From positions 66,036,025 to 66,082,097 of the forward strand of contig NC_068982.1 of assembly GCF_001194135.2 (NCBI RefSeq): a stretch of 46,073 nt of DNA, in the 5' to 3' direction. This document shows, one piece after another, positions 12,103 through 22,570 of this stretch. Made by a program: the position numbers and the translations under genes. Each line of letters begins with the position of its first letter. Positions within the stretch are counted from its first letter, which is position 1. The DNA comes from Octopus bimaculoides. Lineage: Eukaryota. The notes below the pieces were generated by a model that was given only the letters and a program-made list of their open reading frames with translations, did no database searches and was not told where the DNA came from.

Positions 12103-12888
12103 TAAATCCAACTTTTCTCTCAGGGCACTTACACTCTGTTGTGTATGCACACTGACGTTACACATCCAGCAGAGCATACTAGGTTCATTGCTTGCAAGCT
12201 TGCACCTGTCCTCAGGAATCACAGCCCATGTTTCACTGCCATGTAGCATGGCTGTTCGTACACATGCATCATACAGTCTACCTTTTACTCTGAGCGAGAG
12301 GCCTTTGTCACCAGCAGAAGTAGGAGCTCTCTGAACTTTGCCCAGGCTATTCTTATTCTAGCAGCTACAGTGTCAGAGTATCCACCCCCGCTACTGACTT
12401 GGTCCCCTAGATAATGGAAGCTATCAACTACTTCTAATTTTTCTTCCTGGAATGTGATAGAAGCTGTTCTCTGCACATTTTCAGTGTTTATGGCACCTGA
12501 GCATTTGCCACGTATAAAAACTATCTTCCCAGTTAGCTTTCCTTTTATATTGCTGCACCTCTTATATGTCCATAGCTTACACTGGGTACATCTTATAGAG
12601 TTTCTACCTATGCCTTTTCTACAGATCGAGCAGGGCCAACTACCTGAAGGGATTTGTGGTTTGTCAGCCTACCTACTTATTAAGACTTTGGTTTTAGCTA
12701 GGTTGACTCTAAGGCCCTTCGTTTCTAATCCTTGCTTCCACACCTGAAATTTTTCCTCTAGTTCTGATAGTGACTCAGCAATTAGAGCAAGGTCATCAAC
12801 ACAGAGGAGCTCCCAGGGACATCCTGTCTTGAATTCTTCTGTTATTGCCTGGAGGACTATGATGAATAAGAGGGGGCTTATATACATA
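12103..12888 (-). mobile_element. RTE-clade LINE ORF fragment (RT motifs 4-7 and downstream), relatively well preserved
   Basis: Peptides SPLLFIIVLQAITEEFKTGCPWELLCVDDLALIAES, KGLRVNLAKTKV, LEVVDSFHYLGD and MLHGSETWAV. Confidence 0.93.
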
Positions 12889-12974
12889 TGTATATAAGCA
12901 AAACTCATTTACTGTGATATATATGTATATGTATATATATGTATATGCATATATATATGTATATCTGGCAGCTC

Positions 12975-13336
12975 AAAATATCTGGCAGCTCAAAATATCT
13001 GGCAGTGTTGGCTATAGCCTAGTCACCCGTATTACGAACCAGGTGATACACGAAGGAGTCATACCCTATGACTGGTGTAGCAGCATCATAGTCAACTGCT
13101 ACAAAGGTAAAGGGGACGCTTTAGATACAAATAATTACAGAGGCATCAAGCTGTTAGATCAGGTTATGAAAGTTACAGAGAGGGTCATAGCCCAACTAAT
13201 TAGGGAGCAAATCAATTTAGATGAGATGCAGTTTGGGTTCGTGCCAGGTAAAAGCACTACTGATGCCTTATTTCTAGTGAGACAGTTGCAAGAGAAATAC
13301 CTAGCCAAGGATAAACCTCTGTACCTGGCTTTCGTT
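12975..13336 (+). mobile_element. RTE-clade LINE ORF fragment (RT N-terminal part), opposite orientation to the adjacent piece
   Basis: Peptide IPYDWCSSIIVNCYKGKGDALDTNNYRGIKLLDQVMKVTERVI...QFGFVPGKSTTDALFLVRQLQEKYLAKDKPLYLAFV, which runs into a gap. Confidence 0.93.
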
Positions 13337-13523
13337 NNNNNNNNNNNNNNNNNNNNNNNNNNNNNNNNNNNNNNNNNNNNNNNNNNNNNNNNNNNNNNNN
13401 NNNNNNNNNNNNNNNNNNNNNNNNNNNNNNNNNNNNACATACATATACATGTGTGTGTGTATGTTTGTGTGAATATATATTTTAACAGTTAAAGTGAAAA
13501 AGAAAATAACCCTTCTACTTCAG

Positions 13524-13655
13524 AGAACTTAAAATTCTTGGAAGAATTATTATTAAAAATATTAGTAAAAATTATTAGCTGCAGGAACATCCCATTTACT
13601 AGCTGTATTAGTATTTCATTAAGTATTGTTGATAAGGGAAAGTCACTAAGTGATA
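13524..13655 (+). CDS. Candidate coding exon (phase 1 to 1): (E)NLKFLEELLLKILVKIISCRNIPFTSCISISLSIVDKGKSLSD
   Basis: cccttctacttcag acceptor, GATA|gtgagt donor, 132 nt open frame. Confidence 0.55.
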
Positions 13656-13871
13656 GTGAGTTTATGAAAAGAAGCTTTTGTTTAAAGTACATCATTTCTG
13701 TTTGATGACGTCTATAATAAGGATACTAAAGTACATGTCACGTACAAACATTAAGTGGCACTTTAATAACAGGATTTTTAAAAAGCTTATCCATATGCCA
13801 GAATAAAAAAATTCACCATTACTGGTCTGTTCAGTGTTGGCTAAAAATCTATGAATATATTCTGTGATATT

Positions 13872-14205
13872 TCTATCAACCCCAGGGCATATTTATTAAG
13901 CCTAGTACTTATTCTATGAGTTACTTTAGATGAACTGCGAAGTTACGAGAATGTAAATACACCAACACCTGTTGTTAATCTGTGATGGTGGGGTGGACAA
14001 ACACAGACACAAAGGCACACACACATCAATATATACATATATATACAACGGGCTTCTTTCCGTTTCCATCTATCAAACTACTCAGCAGGTTTTGCTCAGC
14101 CCAAGGCTATAGTAGAAGACATATGCCCAAGGTGCCAGGTAGTGGGACTGAACCCAGAACCATATGGCTGGGAAGCAAGCCTCTTACCATGCAGTTGTGC
14201 TTACA
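13872..14205 (-). mobile_element. tRNA-derived SINE family A with internal microsatellite, CpG-decayed copy
   Basis: Aligns by eye with the intact copy at 45217-45561. Other decayed copies lie at about 10520-10733 (+), 14766-15082 (+), 19680-19790 (-), 28670-28880 (-), 29275-29430 (-) and 32630-33015 (-). Confidence 0.85.
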
Positions 14206-14270
14206 CCTGTTAGTAATTCAATTTAAGCCATTAGTAATACTTGGTTTATAAGCAGTGCCTCTGTGAAGAA

Positions 14271-14523
14271 TTAACTCTTTAGCATTCAGATTATTCTGTC
14301 AAATGTATTGCTTTTTTATTCATTCCATTTTGAATTAATCATGCATTTTTTTTTTTTTTTTGCTTCAAGATTTAAATGGTGGGCTTGTATACTATTAGAA
14401 TGAGGGTAGGTGTGAGAGATTGGGTAGGCGTAAGAGATTGGATCTGGTCAGTTTTAACATAAAACAGGTAGACAAGTAGAATATTTGGGCCGGATATGGC
14501 TGGATTAAATGCTAAAGGATTAA
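14271..14523. mobile_element. piggyBac-type MITE
   Basis: TTAA-CTCTTTAG...CTAAAGGA-TTAA termini. Same internal sequence as 16965-17193. Confidence 0.8.
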
Positions 14524-14559
14524 AGAGAGTACCTGGTCAGTAATGAAATCCTAATACAG

Positions 14560-14638
14560 GATTGGAACTAGCCAAACTGATGCATTTTTTTTTTTTTTTT
14601 TTGAGATCCTTGAAAATATTGTTTATAAAATCAACAGG
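14560..14638 (+). CDS. Candidate coding exon (phase 1 to 2): (R)LELAKLMHFFFFFLRSLKILFIKST(G)
   Basis: Strong CAGG|gtgagt donor but weak acceptor (cctaatacag). It bridges the phases of the 13524 and 16750 exons exactly, and contains an 18-T run. Confidence 0.4.
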
Positions 14639-15160
14639 GTGAGTGCTACAACTCCCTGCATGTACAATATAGATATTATGTCTCTAATACAGTTTGACAT
14701 TGGAACAAAACACAATTAATGCATTGGTAAGTTTATGTATGTGTGTGTATTTATGTGTGTGTATATTCAGTCCCTCTGCATGGCACCTTGAGCAAGTATC
14801 TTCTACTATAGCCTCGGACTGACCAAAGCCTTAGGAGTGGATTTCATAGACAGAAACTGGAAGAAGCCTGTTATACATATATATGTGTGTGTGTGTGCAT
14901 GTATTTGTCCCCTGCCCCCCACCCCTTGACAACCAGTGTTGGTGTGTTTAGGCAAAAGAGACTGACAGAACAAGTATCAGGCTTAAAATTAAAATAAATA
15001 CTGGGGTCGATCAGTTCGACTAAAATTCCTCATGGCAGTGTCTTAGCATGGCCACAGTCTAATGACTGAAACAAGTAAAAGTTAAAAGATATATATATAT
15101 GACATTGTTGTACCAAAGATTTTTCTATTTCTACTATGTGTGTGTGTGTTTTATATATCA

Positions 15161-16350
15161 CTAGCAGTATAACCCGGCGCTGCTCGGGATTAAGCTAGGA
15201 TTATTAAATGATTAAGTCCTTTATTTCAAACCAAAATAAGTAACATCGACATCAGATTTGAGCGAAATCCGTTGAAATTGGTTTGACTGAAAATGGTTTG
15301 CTGGCAATTTGATTGGGAAATCCCATAAGGAATCAGTTTATTGGTTATTTTCACTTATTGACTCATTTTTTAAATGTTGCATTAGAGATCTGCATAGGAG
15401 AAGGTTGATCTGAAGGTTTGCATTGGGGATCTGGATTGGAGTAACTTAGGAAAGCTTACCAACAACCTTAACCAAAAGATAAGGAGCCTGTCCCTTCNNN
15501 NNNNNNNNNNNNNNNNNNNNNNNNNNNNNNNNNNNNNNNNNNNNNNNNNNNNNNNNNNNNNNNNNNNNNNNNNNNNNNNNNNNNNNNNNNNNNNNNNNNN
15601 NNNNNNNNNNNNNNNNNNNNNNNNNNNNNNNNNNNNNNNNNNNNNNNNNNNNNNNNNNNNNNNNNNNNNNNNNNNNNNNNNNNNNNNNNNNNNNNNNNNN
15701 NNNNNNNNNNNNNNNNNNNNNNNNNNNNNNNNNNNNNNNNNNNNNNNNNNNNNNNNNNNNNNNNNNNNNNNNNNNNNNNNNNNNNNNNNNNNNNNNNNNN
15801 NNNNNNNNNNNNNNNNNNNNNNNNNNNNNNNNNNNNNNNNNNNNNNNNNNNNNNNNNNNNNNNNNNNNNNNNNNNNNNNNNNNNNNNNNNNNNNNNNNNN
15901 NNNNNNNNNNNNNNNNNNNNNNNNNNNNNNNNNNNNNNNNNNNNNNNNNNNNNNNNNNNNNNNNNNNNTTAGACGCTTGGCAAACACTCTGTTTCTCCCC
16001 TTGTCACAAACACACTATTTCTTTCTTTCTCTCTCTCTCTCTCTTTCTTTCTCTCTCTTTCTTTCTTTCTCCCTCTCTTTCTTTCTCTCTCTCTCTTGCT
16101 CTCTCTTCTTCACGCGCGTACGCACAGATTTGACTTCGCCATGTCAACAAACTTCAAAATTGGTAAAAGTTTATCGATTTTTACAGCTATACGCGGGTGC
16201 CTCTGTGAGAAAAAGTTGACAAAAACACAGCTAGGGTCATGAACAATGTCCTCCTAAAATTGGAGCGACATGCGTTCTAATTTGTGGACGTGCATAACCC
16301 ACATCACGTACACACACACACACAAACATCTTGTGTTTTATAGATATTGA
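15161..16350 (-). mobile_element. Non-autonomous Helitron, copy 1 (contains gap 15498-15968)
   Basis: On the minus strand it starts A|TCAATATCTATA and ends in hairpin cccgagcagcgccggg followed by CTAG|T. These are canonical Helitron termini at an A|T target. Confidence 0.85.
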
Positions 16351-16749
16351 TAATCATTTTAATGACTATTTTTCGATCCTTTCATAGATCAGATGGAATT
16401 CATAGACACAAATTTTCTGTGCCCAGATGCTCTTCCTGTTGCCTGGAATGCTTGTGTGTGTGTGTGTGTGATTTATGCACAACATAATGTAAGCCAAAAG
16501 AGCTGGAATAAATTGAAATATTATAAAGCTTTACTGTGGATTAAATAATAATGTAAATTACATGGAAAAATGTGAGCATGAAAAGTAATATTCTTAAGAT
16601 TATAAACCTGGAAAAGTACAGGACAAGTTATTACACCTGGAAAAGTACAGGACAAGCTATTACTTCTAGTAAAGTAAAGAATAAGAAACTTTTTACTTAA
16701 AATATTGCAGCAAAGAATGCCAATTTTTCTAATCTATCACTCTTTACAG

Positions 16750-16793
16750 TTCTCATCTTTTAAATTTATTGTACAAGACTGTTCAGCTAATTT
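16750..16793 (+). CDS. Candidate coding exon (phase 2 to 1): SHLLNLLYKTVQLI
   Basis: ctaat branch plus atctatcactctttacag acceptor, and ATTT|gtaagt donor. 44 nt, open. Confidence 0.55.
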
Positions 16794-16964
16794 GTAAGTT
16801 TGTCTAATTAACCACTTTTTTCTGTATTTAAGGTAGTAAATTAGCCAAATTCTACTTAAATAAGTATAGTGTTTAGAAATAATACATTTCTAAATCTCTC
16901 AGAGATTTATGCAGTAGTGATACGATGAAGTAGTTGTATGCTGTCAACTTAATGTGAAAGTCTC

Positions 16965-17193
16965 TTAACCCTTTAGTGTTTGCATTATTCTGCCAAAATT
17001 AATGCTTTTTCATCCACATTGTTTTGAACTAATCATGCATTATCTTGTAGCTATGAGATTTTGATGAGGTAGCTGTTAATTTTTAAAATGATATTGTAGG
17101 GTTGGTGTGAGAGACCAGATTTGGCCAGTTTGAACATAAAACAAGCAGAATACTTTTAGCCGGATATGGCCGGTTTAAATGCTAAAGGGTTAA
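16965..17193. mobile_element. piggyBac-type MITE
   Basis: TTAA-CCCTTTAG...CTAAAGGG-TTAA. Related, more decayed copies lie at about 21467-21660 and 24215-24440. Confidence 0.85.
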
Positions 17194-19167
17194 AAGGAAT
17201 AATACTTGTCTCCCGCTTTTAACATAAGGACACAGGAAATGTGTCAAGGCTGACAAGAAGCTTCCTAGGTCTAACCAACAGTAGTATTATTCCCTTCAGG
17301 GGACTCTCACATTAAGTTGACAGCATACAACTACTTCAAGTATAGTGTTATTTGTAAACTATAATAAAATAAGTTTTAATATTCAAATTTTAATTTTAGC
17401 CACAATATTTTAAGTAAAAAGTTTCTTATTCTTTACTTTACTAGAAGTAATAGCTTGTCCTGTACTTTTCCAGGTGTAATAACTTGTCCTGTACTTTTCC
17501 AGGTTTATAATCTTAAGAATATTACTTTTCATGCTTGCATTTTTCCATGTAATACAATAGTTCTAACAGGCATTGCTGCTATAAGATAATTAATAATGTG
17601 TCAATTAATAATTCAAAATTTTACCTTATAAAATACTGAAAGATAATATTTCAATTTTTCCATGTAAGTGATGATAATATTTCAGTTTTGTTCATGTTTA
17701 ATTTAAATATATGTTGTGATTGAATTATTTGATATTACCCATCCACACCAAATTGCAGGGATTTTTACCATGTTGTTGGTTGCACCATGGCTCACTAAAA
17801 GTTACAAATAATAAGGCCCCAAAATAATTAGTTACCAGGCTCACCTTAAGTAACCTAATTTTGCAATATTAGGAGGTCACAGGAATTCATTCTGCAAAAA
17901 AAAAAAAATCCAGTGATTCCGGGNNNNNNNNNNNNNNNNNNNNNNNNNNNNNNNNNNNNNNNNNNNNNNNNNNNNNNNNNNNNNNNNNNNNNNNNNNNNN
18001 NNNNNNNNNNNNNNNNNNNNNNNNNNNNNNNNNNNNNNNNNNNNNNNNNNNNNNNNNNNNNNNNNNNNNNNNNNNNNNNNNNNNNNNNNNNNNNNNNNNN
18101 NNNNNNNNNNNNNNNNNNNNNNNNNNNNNNNNNNNNNNNNNNNNNNNNNNNNNNNNNNNNNNNNNNNNNNNNNNNNNNNNNNNNNNNNNNNNNNNNNNNN
18201 NNNCAAAAAAATGTAGGGGATACTTTGGCTGCTATTTTTCGCTTGTCGAGTGACCAAGTAGAGGCTCTTTCATTGGTTCGATTGCGTGATGAGATTTATT
18301 TACACATATATGTAATATGTATATATATCATAGGCAGAATTTAGAGAGTAAGTCAAAAGCTGAGAGTTTCGTGTATTGGCACTTATCAAACATGAATTTG
18401 TCCATTGTTACTCTGTAATTTCTGACGAAATAACTTCTAAAATACAAAATTTTGTCAAAAACATTTTACCTCATAACTGTTTTTCTACTAACTTTTGTTC
18501 AATGCGACTAACAATTCTGAATTCCTCATGCATTTTTCTATCATTTAAGCCTAAGAAAAGTATACTTTTAATTTGAAATTAAATAATTTATGTTAGTTGA
18601 AAATCTGCCTTACTGCCCACTTGAGATCTGACATATTTTGATGTAACTTTTTTTCTATTGAACCAAATCTCAAACTATTTAGCCAAAGTGTAGCTGAGGA
18701 GGTGTCCTCTTTAAAACTATTAACAGTTTGCAATTTAGTTGAGAACTGAATTAGTGGTGAAGCTTGAAAGCCTCTGCAATTGACGAAATGGTGGACTTAA
18801 GAATATATATATTTGTATACTAATGTTGCTTTGGATAAAAGAGTGAGTCAGTCTCCTGAATGACTGTCACTTGGTCTGTTGACTGCTCTGAAGAGAAGAT
18901 ATACCCATCTTCCCTTAATCAATAGCTTAGATCAGCTGCTGCATGGCGTAGTCATGAATGAAACTAACACTGCGGTGGATAACCTAATTTGCATAGTTGT
19001 GCTTTTGCAGGCTCATCATTAAACAATAACTATTAATGCATTGCACACTGTATATCAGAACTGAAATAAATTTAAATATTCTTAGTTTCTAACTGTACAT
19101 CCAAACAAAAAGAAGTCAGTGAATCTACAACCATGTTTCAATTCACTGTTGAAGCTATTTACTAAAT

Positions 19168-19229
<62 letters not shown>

Positions 19230-19857
19230 NNNNNNNNNNAATTAGCTTAGCTGGTGTGGAACTTTCACTATATCTGAATTTCCAAGGACACTGATGGGTT
19301 TTTCCTGTAAGTTAAGCTACAATGCTTTCACTATGTTTTTCATGGAAATTCTATTAGGCCATTTATATGATTACTGAGAAAAAACCTCTCTCTCTCTCTC
19401 TCTCATACACACACACACACACATAATAATCATCATCATCATCATAACATCCACTTTTCCATGTTTGCACAGGTTGGACAGGAGTTATTGCGGTAGGTTT
19501 TCTACCCTCAACCCTGATTCTAAGCAAGATAATATTTCTCCATGACCAGACATGCTTTCACTGTTTATAGGAAATGAATGATAGTGCTTATTTAACATGA
19601 AATGTCAAAATAAGGAAACACAAGTATATACATGCACACACATACACAAACACTCACATGCATCTCTATTTCTATCAATCTATATACATTGGGCTTCTTT
19701 CAGTTTCCATTTACCAAATCCGTTTTCAAGCTTTTGGTTAACCTTGGGCTGTAGTAAGAGGCACTTGCCCAAGATTCCACACAGCCACATCTATACCTCT
19801 CTGCTATCTGTCTGTCTGACAGAGTGAGAGAGATTTGAATGTATATTTTATTATTTA

Positions 19858-20927
19858 CTAGCAGTATAACCCGGCGCTGCTCGGGATTAAGTTAGGATTA
19901 TTAAATGATTAAGTCCTTTATTTCAAACCAAAATAAGTAACATCGACAGGTTATTTTCACTTATTGACTCATTTTTTAAATGTTGCATTAGAGATCTGCA
20001 TAGGAGAAGGTTGATCTGAAGGTTTGCATTGGGGATCTGGATTGGAGTAACTTAGGAAAGCTTACCAACAACCTTAACCAAAAAATAAGGAGCCTGTCCC
20101 TTCTATGTTAACTCTAACCCTAAACCCTAACCCTAACTCTGACCCTAAAACCGTAACCCTAACCCTAACCCTAANNNNNNNNNNNNNNNNNNNNNNNNNN
20201 NNNNNNNNNNNNNNNNNNNNNNNNNNNNNNNNNNNNNNNNNNNNNNNNNNNNNNNNNNNNNNNNNNNNNNNNNNNNNNNNNNNNNNNNNNNNNNNNNNNN
20301 NNNNNNNNNNNNNNNGAAAGATGAACGATTTAAAATAAATAAATGATTTAAAATAAATATATTTGAATTGTTGTGTGAGAAAGTATATATAATCTTATTA
20401 TAGAATATAGTGTCTTTCAAAAACATCTTATATTTGAAACTATATCTCATGTTTAAGAAAAAGAAGGCATTTTACTCTGTCTGCCTTAGCTACATTTTCT
20501 TTCGTAATACGCTTTGTCTCACTCTTCCACTTTTTCATTTTTTTTTTTTAGACGCTTGGCAAACACTCTGTTTCTCCCCTTGTCACAAACATACTATTTC
20601 TTTCTTTCTCTCTCTCTTTCTTTCTTTCTCTCTCTTTCTTTCTTTCTCCCTCTCCTTCTTTCTTTCTCTCTCTCTTGCTCTCTCTCTCCTTCACGCGCGT
20701 ACGCACAGATTTGACTTCGCCATGTCAACAAACTTCAAAATTGGTAAAAGTTTATCGATTTTTACAGCTATACGCGGGTGCCTCTGAGAAAAAGTTGACA
20801 AAAACACAGATAGGGTCATGAACAATGTCCTCCTAAAATTGGAGCGACATGCGTGCTAATTTGTGGACATGCATAACCCACATCATGTACACACACACAC
20901 AAACACCTTGTGTTTTATAGATATTGA
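19858..20927 (-). mobile_element. Non-autonomous Helitron, copy 2 (gap 20175-20315), with internal (CCCTAA)n-like array
   Basis: Same termini and internal sequence as copy 1 but lacks about 90 bp after aacatcgac. Flanks differ, so it is an independent insertion. Confidence 0.85.
20108..20174. repeat. Degenerate (CCCTAA)n telomere-like array
   Basis: taaccctaaaccctaaccctaactctgaccctaaaaccgtaaccctaaccctaaccctaa, running into a gap. Confidence 0.9.
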
Positions 20928-21162
20928 TTAAATGGTTAAAGAGAAATACAATTTTTGTTCAATTCATTCCATTCAATATGGTTTGCTGCAAGTGAAAAAC
21001 TGAATTTTTTTTATCACCTTTGCATTTGACACAGATACCCACTAGATGCTCTCTAAATAAAACCTTGCACTGCAAATAACCTTTTGAAAAATATGAACAT
21101 CACTACTTCTCGCTAAATATTGATTATACTTTTACATTAGCACAATAAATTCAATTTTATAG

Positions 21163-21212
21163 GTGAGGTGTATGAATTTTTTTTCTCTGAGACATTAACA
21201 AATCAAGACCAG
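21163..21212 (+). CDS. Weak candidate exon (phase 1 to 0): (C)EVYEFFFSETLTNQDQ
   Basis: aattttatag acceptor and CAG|gtcaag donor. Phase-compatible with the 16750 exon, but the donor is weak. Confidence 0.22.
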
Positions 21213-21973
21213 GTCAAGGATTCATTTTGCTGACATTTTAACTTTACTCAGTACTGATAAGATAACAGCCTCACAAGAACTAACAAAAGAGCCTCTAGCA
21301 CAACCTGCTAGAAATAGCAACTAAATCTCCCTCAAATCACACTTTAAGTCTAATAATCAAACAGTAATAATCTTACCATCTATTGTAATTTTCTGCAATT
21401 ATGATGAATCTTCTCTTGGCTTCAATGAAGAGCTTTCAGATATTTGATCTGTTGAATTTCTTTTCATTAACCCTTTAGCATGTAAAGGGGCAATATCTAG
21501 CCAGAACATTCTGTTTGATTTACATTCAAACCAGCCAGATCCAAAGTCTCACACCTACCCTACAATGTTATTCTAAAATCGAACACTCACATGATTGAAA
21601 TTCTGAGGCTACAAATGCTTGATTAATTCAAAACAATGTGAATAAAATGCATTACATTTGAGCAAGCATTCAGGCCAAGAAAGGAAGATCATGGCTGGCC
21701 GGACACCAGTCACATGGAAGGAGGAGAGATGGTTAGGGGACAGCGGGACTGAAAGATTAGAAAAAAAGAATCAGAGACAAAGAGAAAGGTACATGGGAGA
21801 TAAAAGAGTGGGAAATAGTGGGAGTCAGAGAAAGAGAGGGCCAAGGAATGTGAGAGAAGGGGAGTGAAAAAAAGGAAGAAAAATGAGAGGGGGAATAAAA
21901 GATAGAGTAAGAGTCATACAAAATTTAGGTTCATACCTACTACAAGTTGAGCAGAAGGGTGTACGTGCGCTGC

Positions 21974-22024
<51 letters not shown>

Positions 22025-22363
22025 ATAAAAATGGAACAAAAATGCAATAGAGAGCATTAAAACGTTTGGACCAAAGGCAGACAAGAGAAACAAGAATTAG
22101 AAGGACAGGCAAAAAAAGATGGGACATTTTTGGCTTTCTTTCATCAGTCAAGTCCCAGAAGTCATGACCATTTCGGGCAGTTACACTTGAGATGGTTCGA
22201 TCTGGTTGCCCCCAAAAAAGTCAAAGCTAAAAGTATTAGATGCCTTTGTAAGAAAGCTAGCAAATGTGTATGGCAATAAAGACAAAAAAACAGTGATAGT
22301 GGGTGCTAGTAAGCATCAGTGTTGCTAGAAATAAGAGTCAAAACAACTCTTAGCCACATGAGA

Positions 22364-22570
22364 ATACTTTTCTAATGGCTGACAAAGGAGATACTCCCTC
22401 CCTATGACAAGCAAGATGGTTGACAAGGTGACTGTGATTCTTTAACCCATGATGACAAGTAATAGGTTACTAATGAAGATTGATTAAACCTGAAATCAGC
22501 ACCGATATTACTCCATCTCGCTTGTCTTAGGGAGGGAGCCTGTCTCCCTTGTCAGCCGTTAGAAAAGTAT
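22364..22570. mobile_element. MITE with about 55-bp imperfect TIRs
   Basis: atacttttctaatggctgacaaaggaga...ctccctccctatgacaagc versus gcttgtcttagggagggagc...tctcccttgtcagccgttagaaaagtat. TA-flanked. Confidence 0.8.

Larger units (their letters stand above)
16557..17553. repeat. Large inverted duplication: arms 16557-16707/17403-17553 (151 bp) and 16927-16962/17302-17337 (36 bp)
   Basis: Reverse-complement comparison by hand shows 2 mismatches in the long arms and 1 in the short arms. Confidence 0.95.

Noticed and set aside
15382-15987. Long ORFs containing X runs (also 17877-18344, 20105-20450, 30061-30320, 42692-43072)
   Set aside because: Open only because they span N gaps.
22130-22185. 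GAAA...CUGAUGA on the minus strand (type II hammerhead order)
   Set aside because: No feasible stems I or III.
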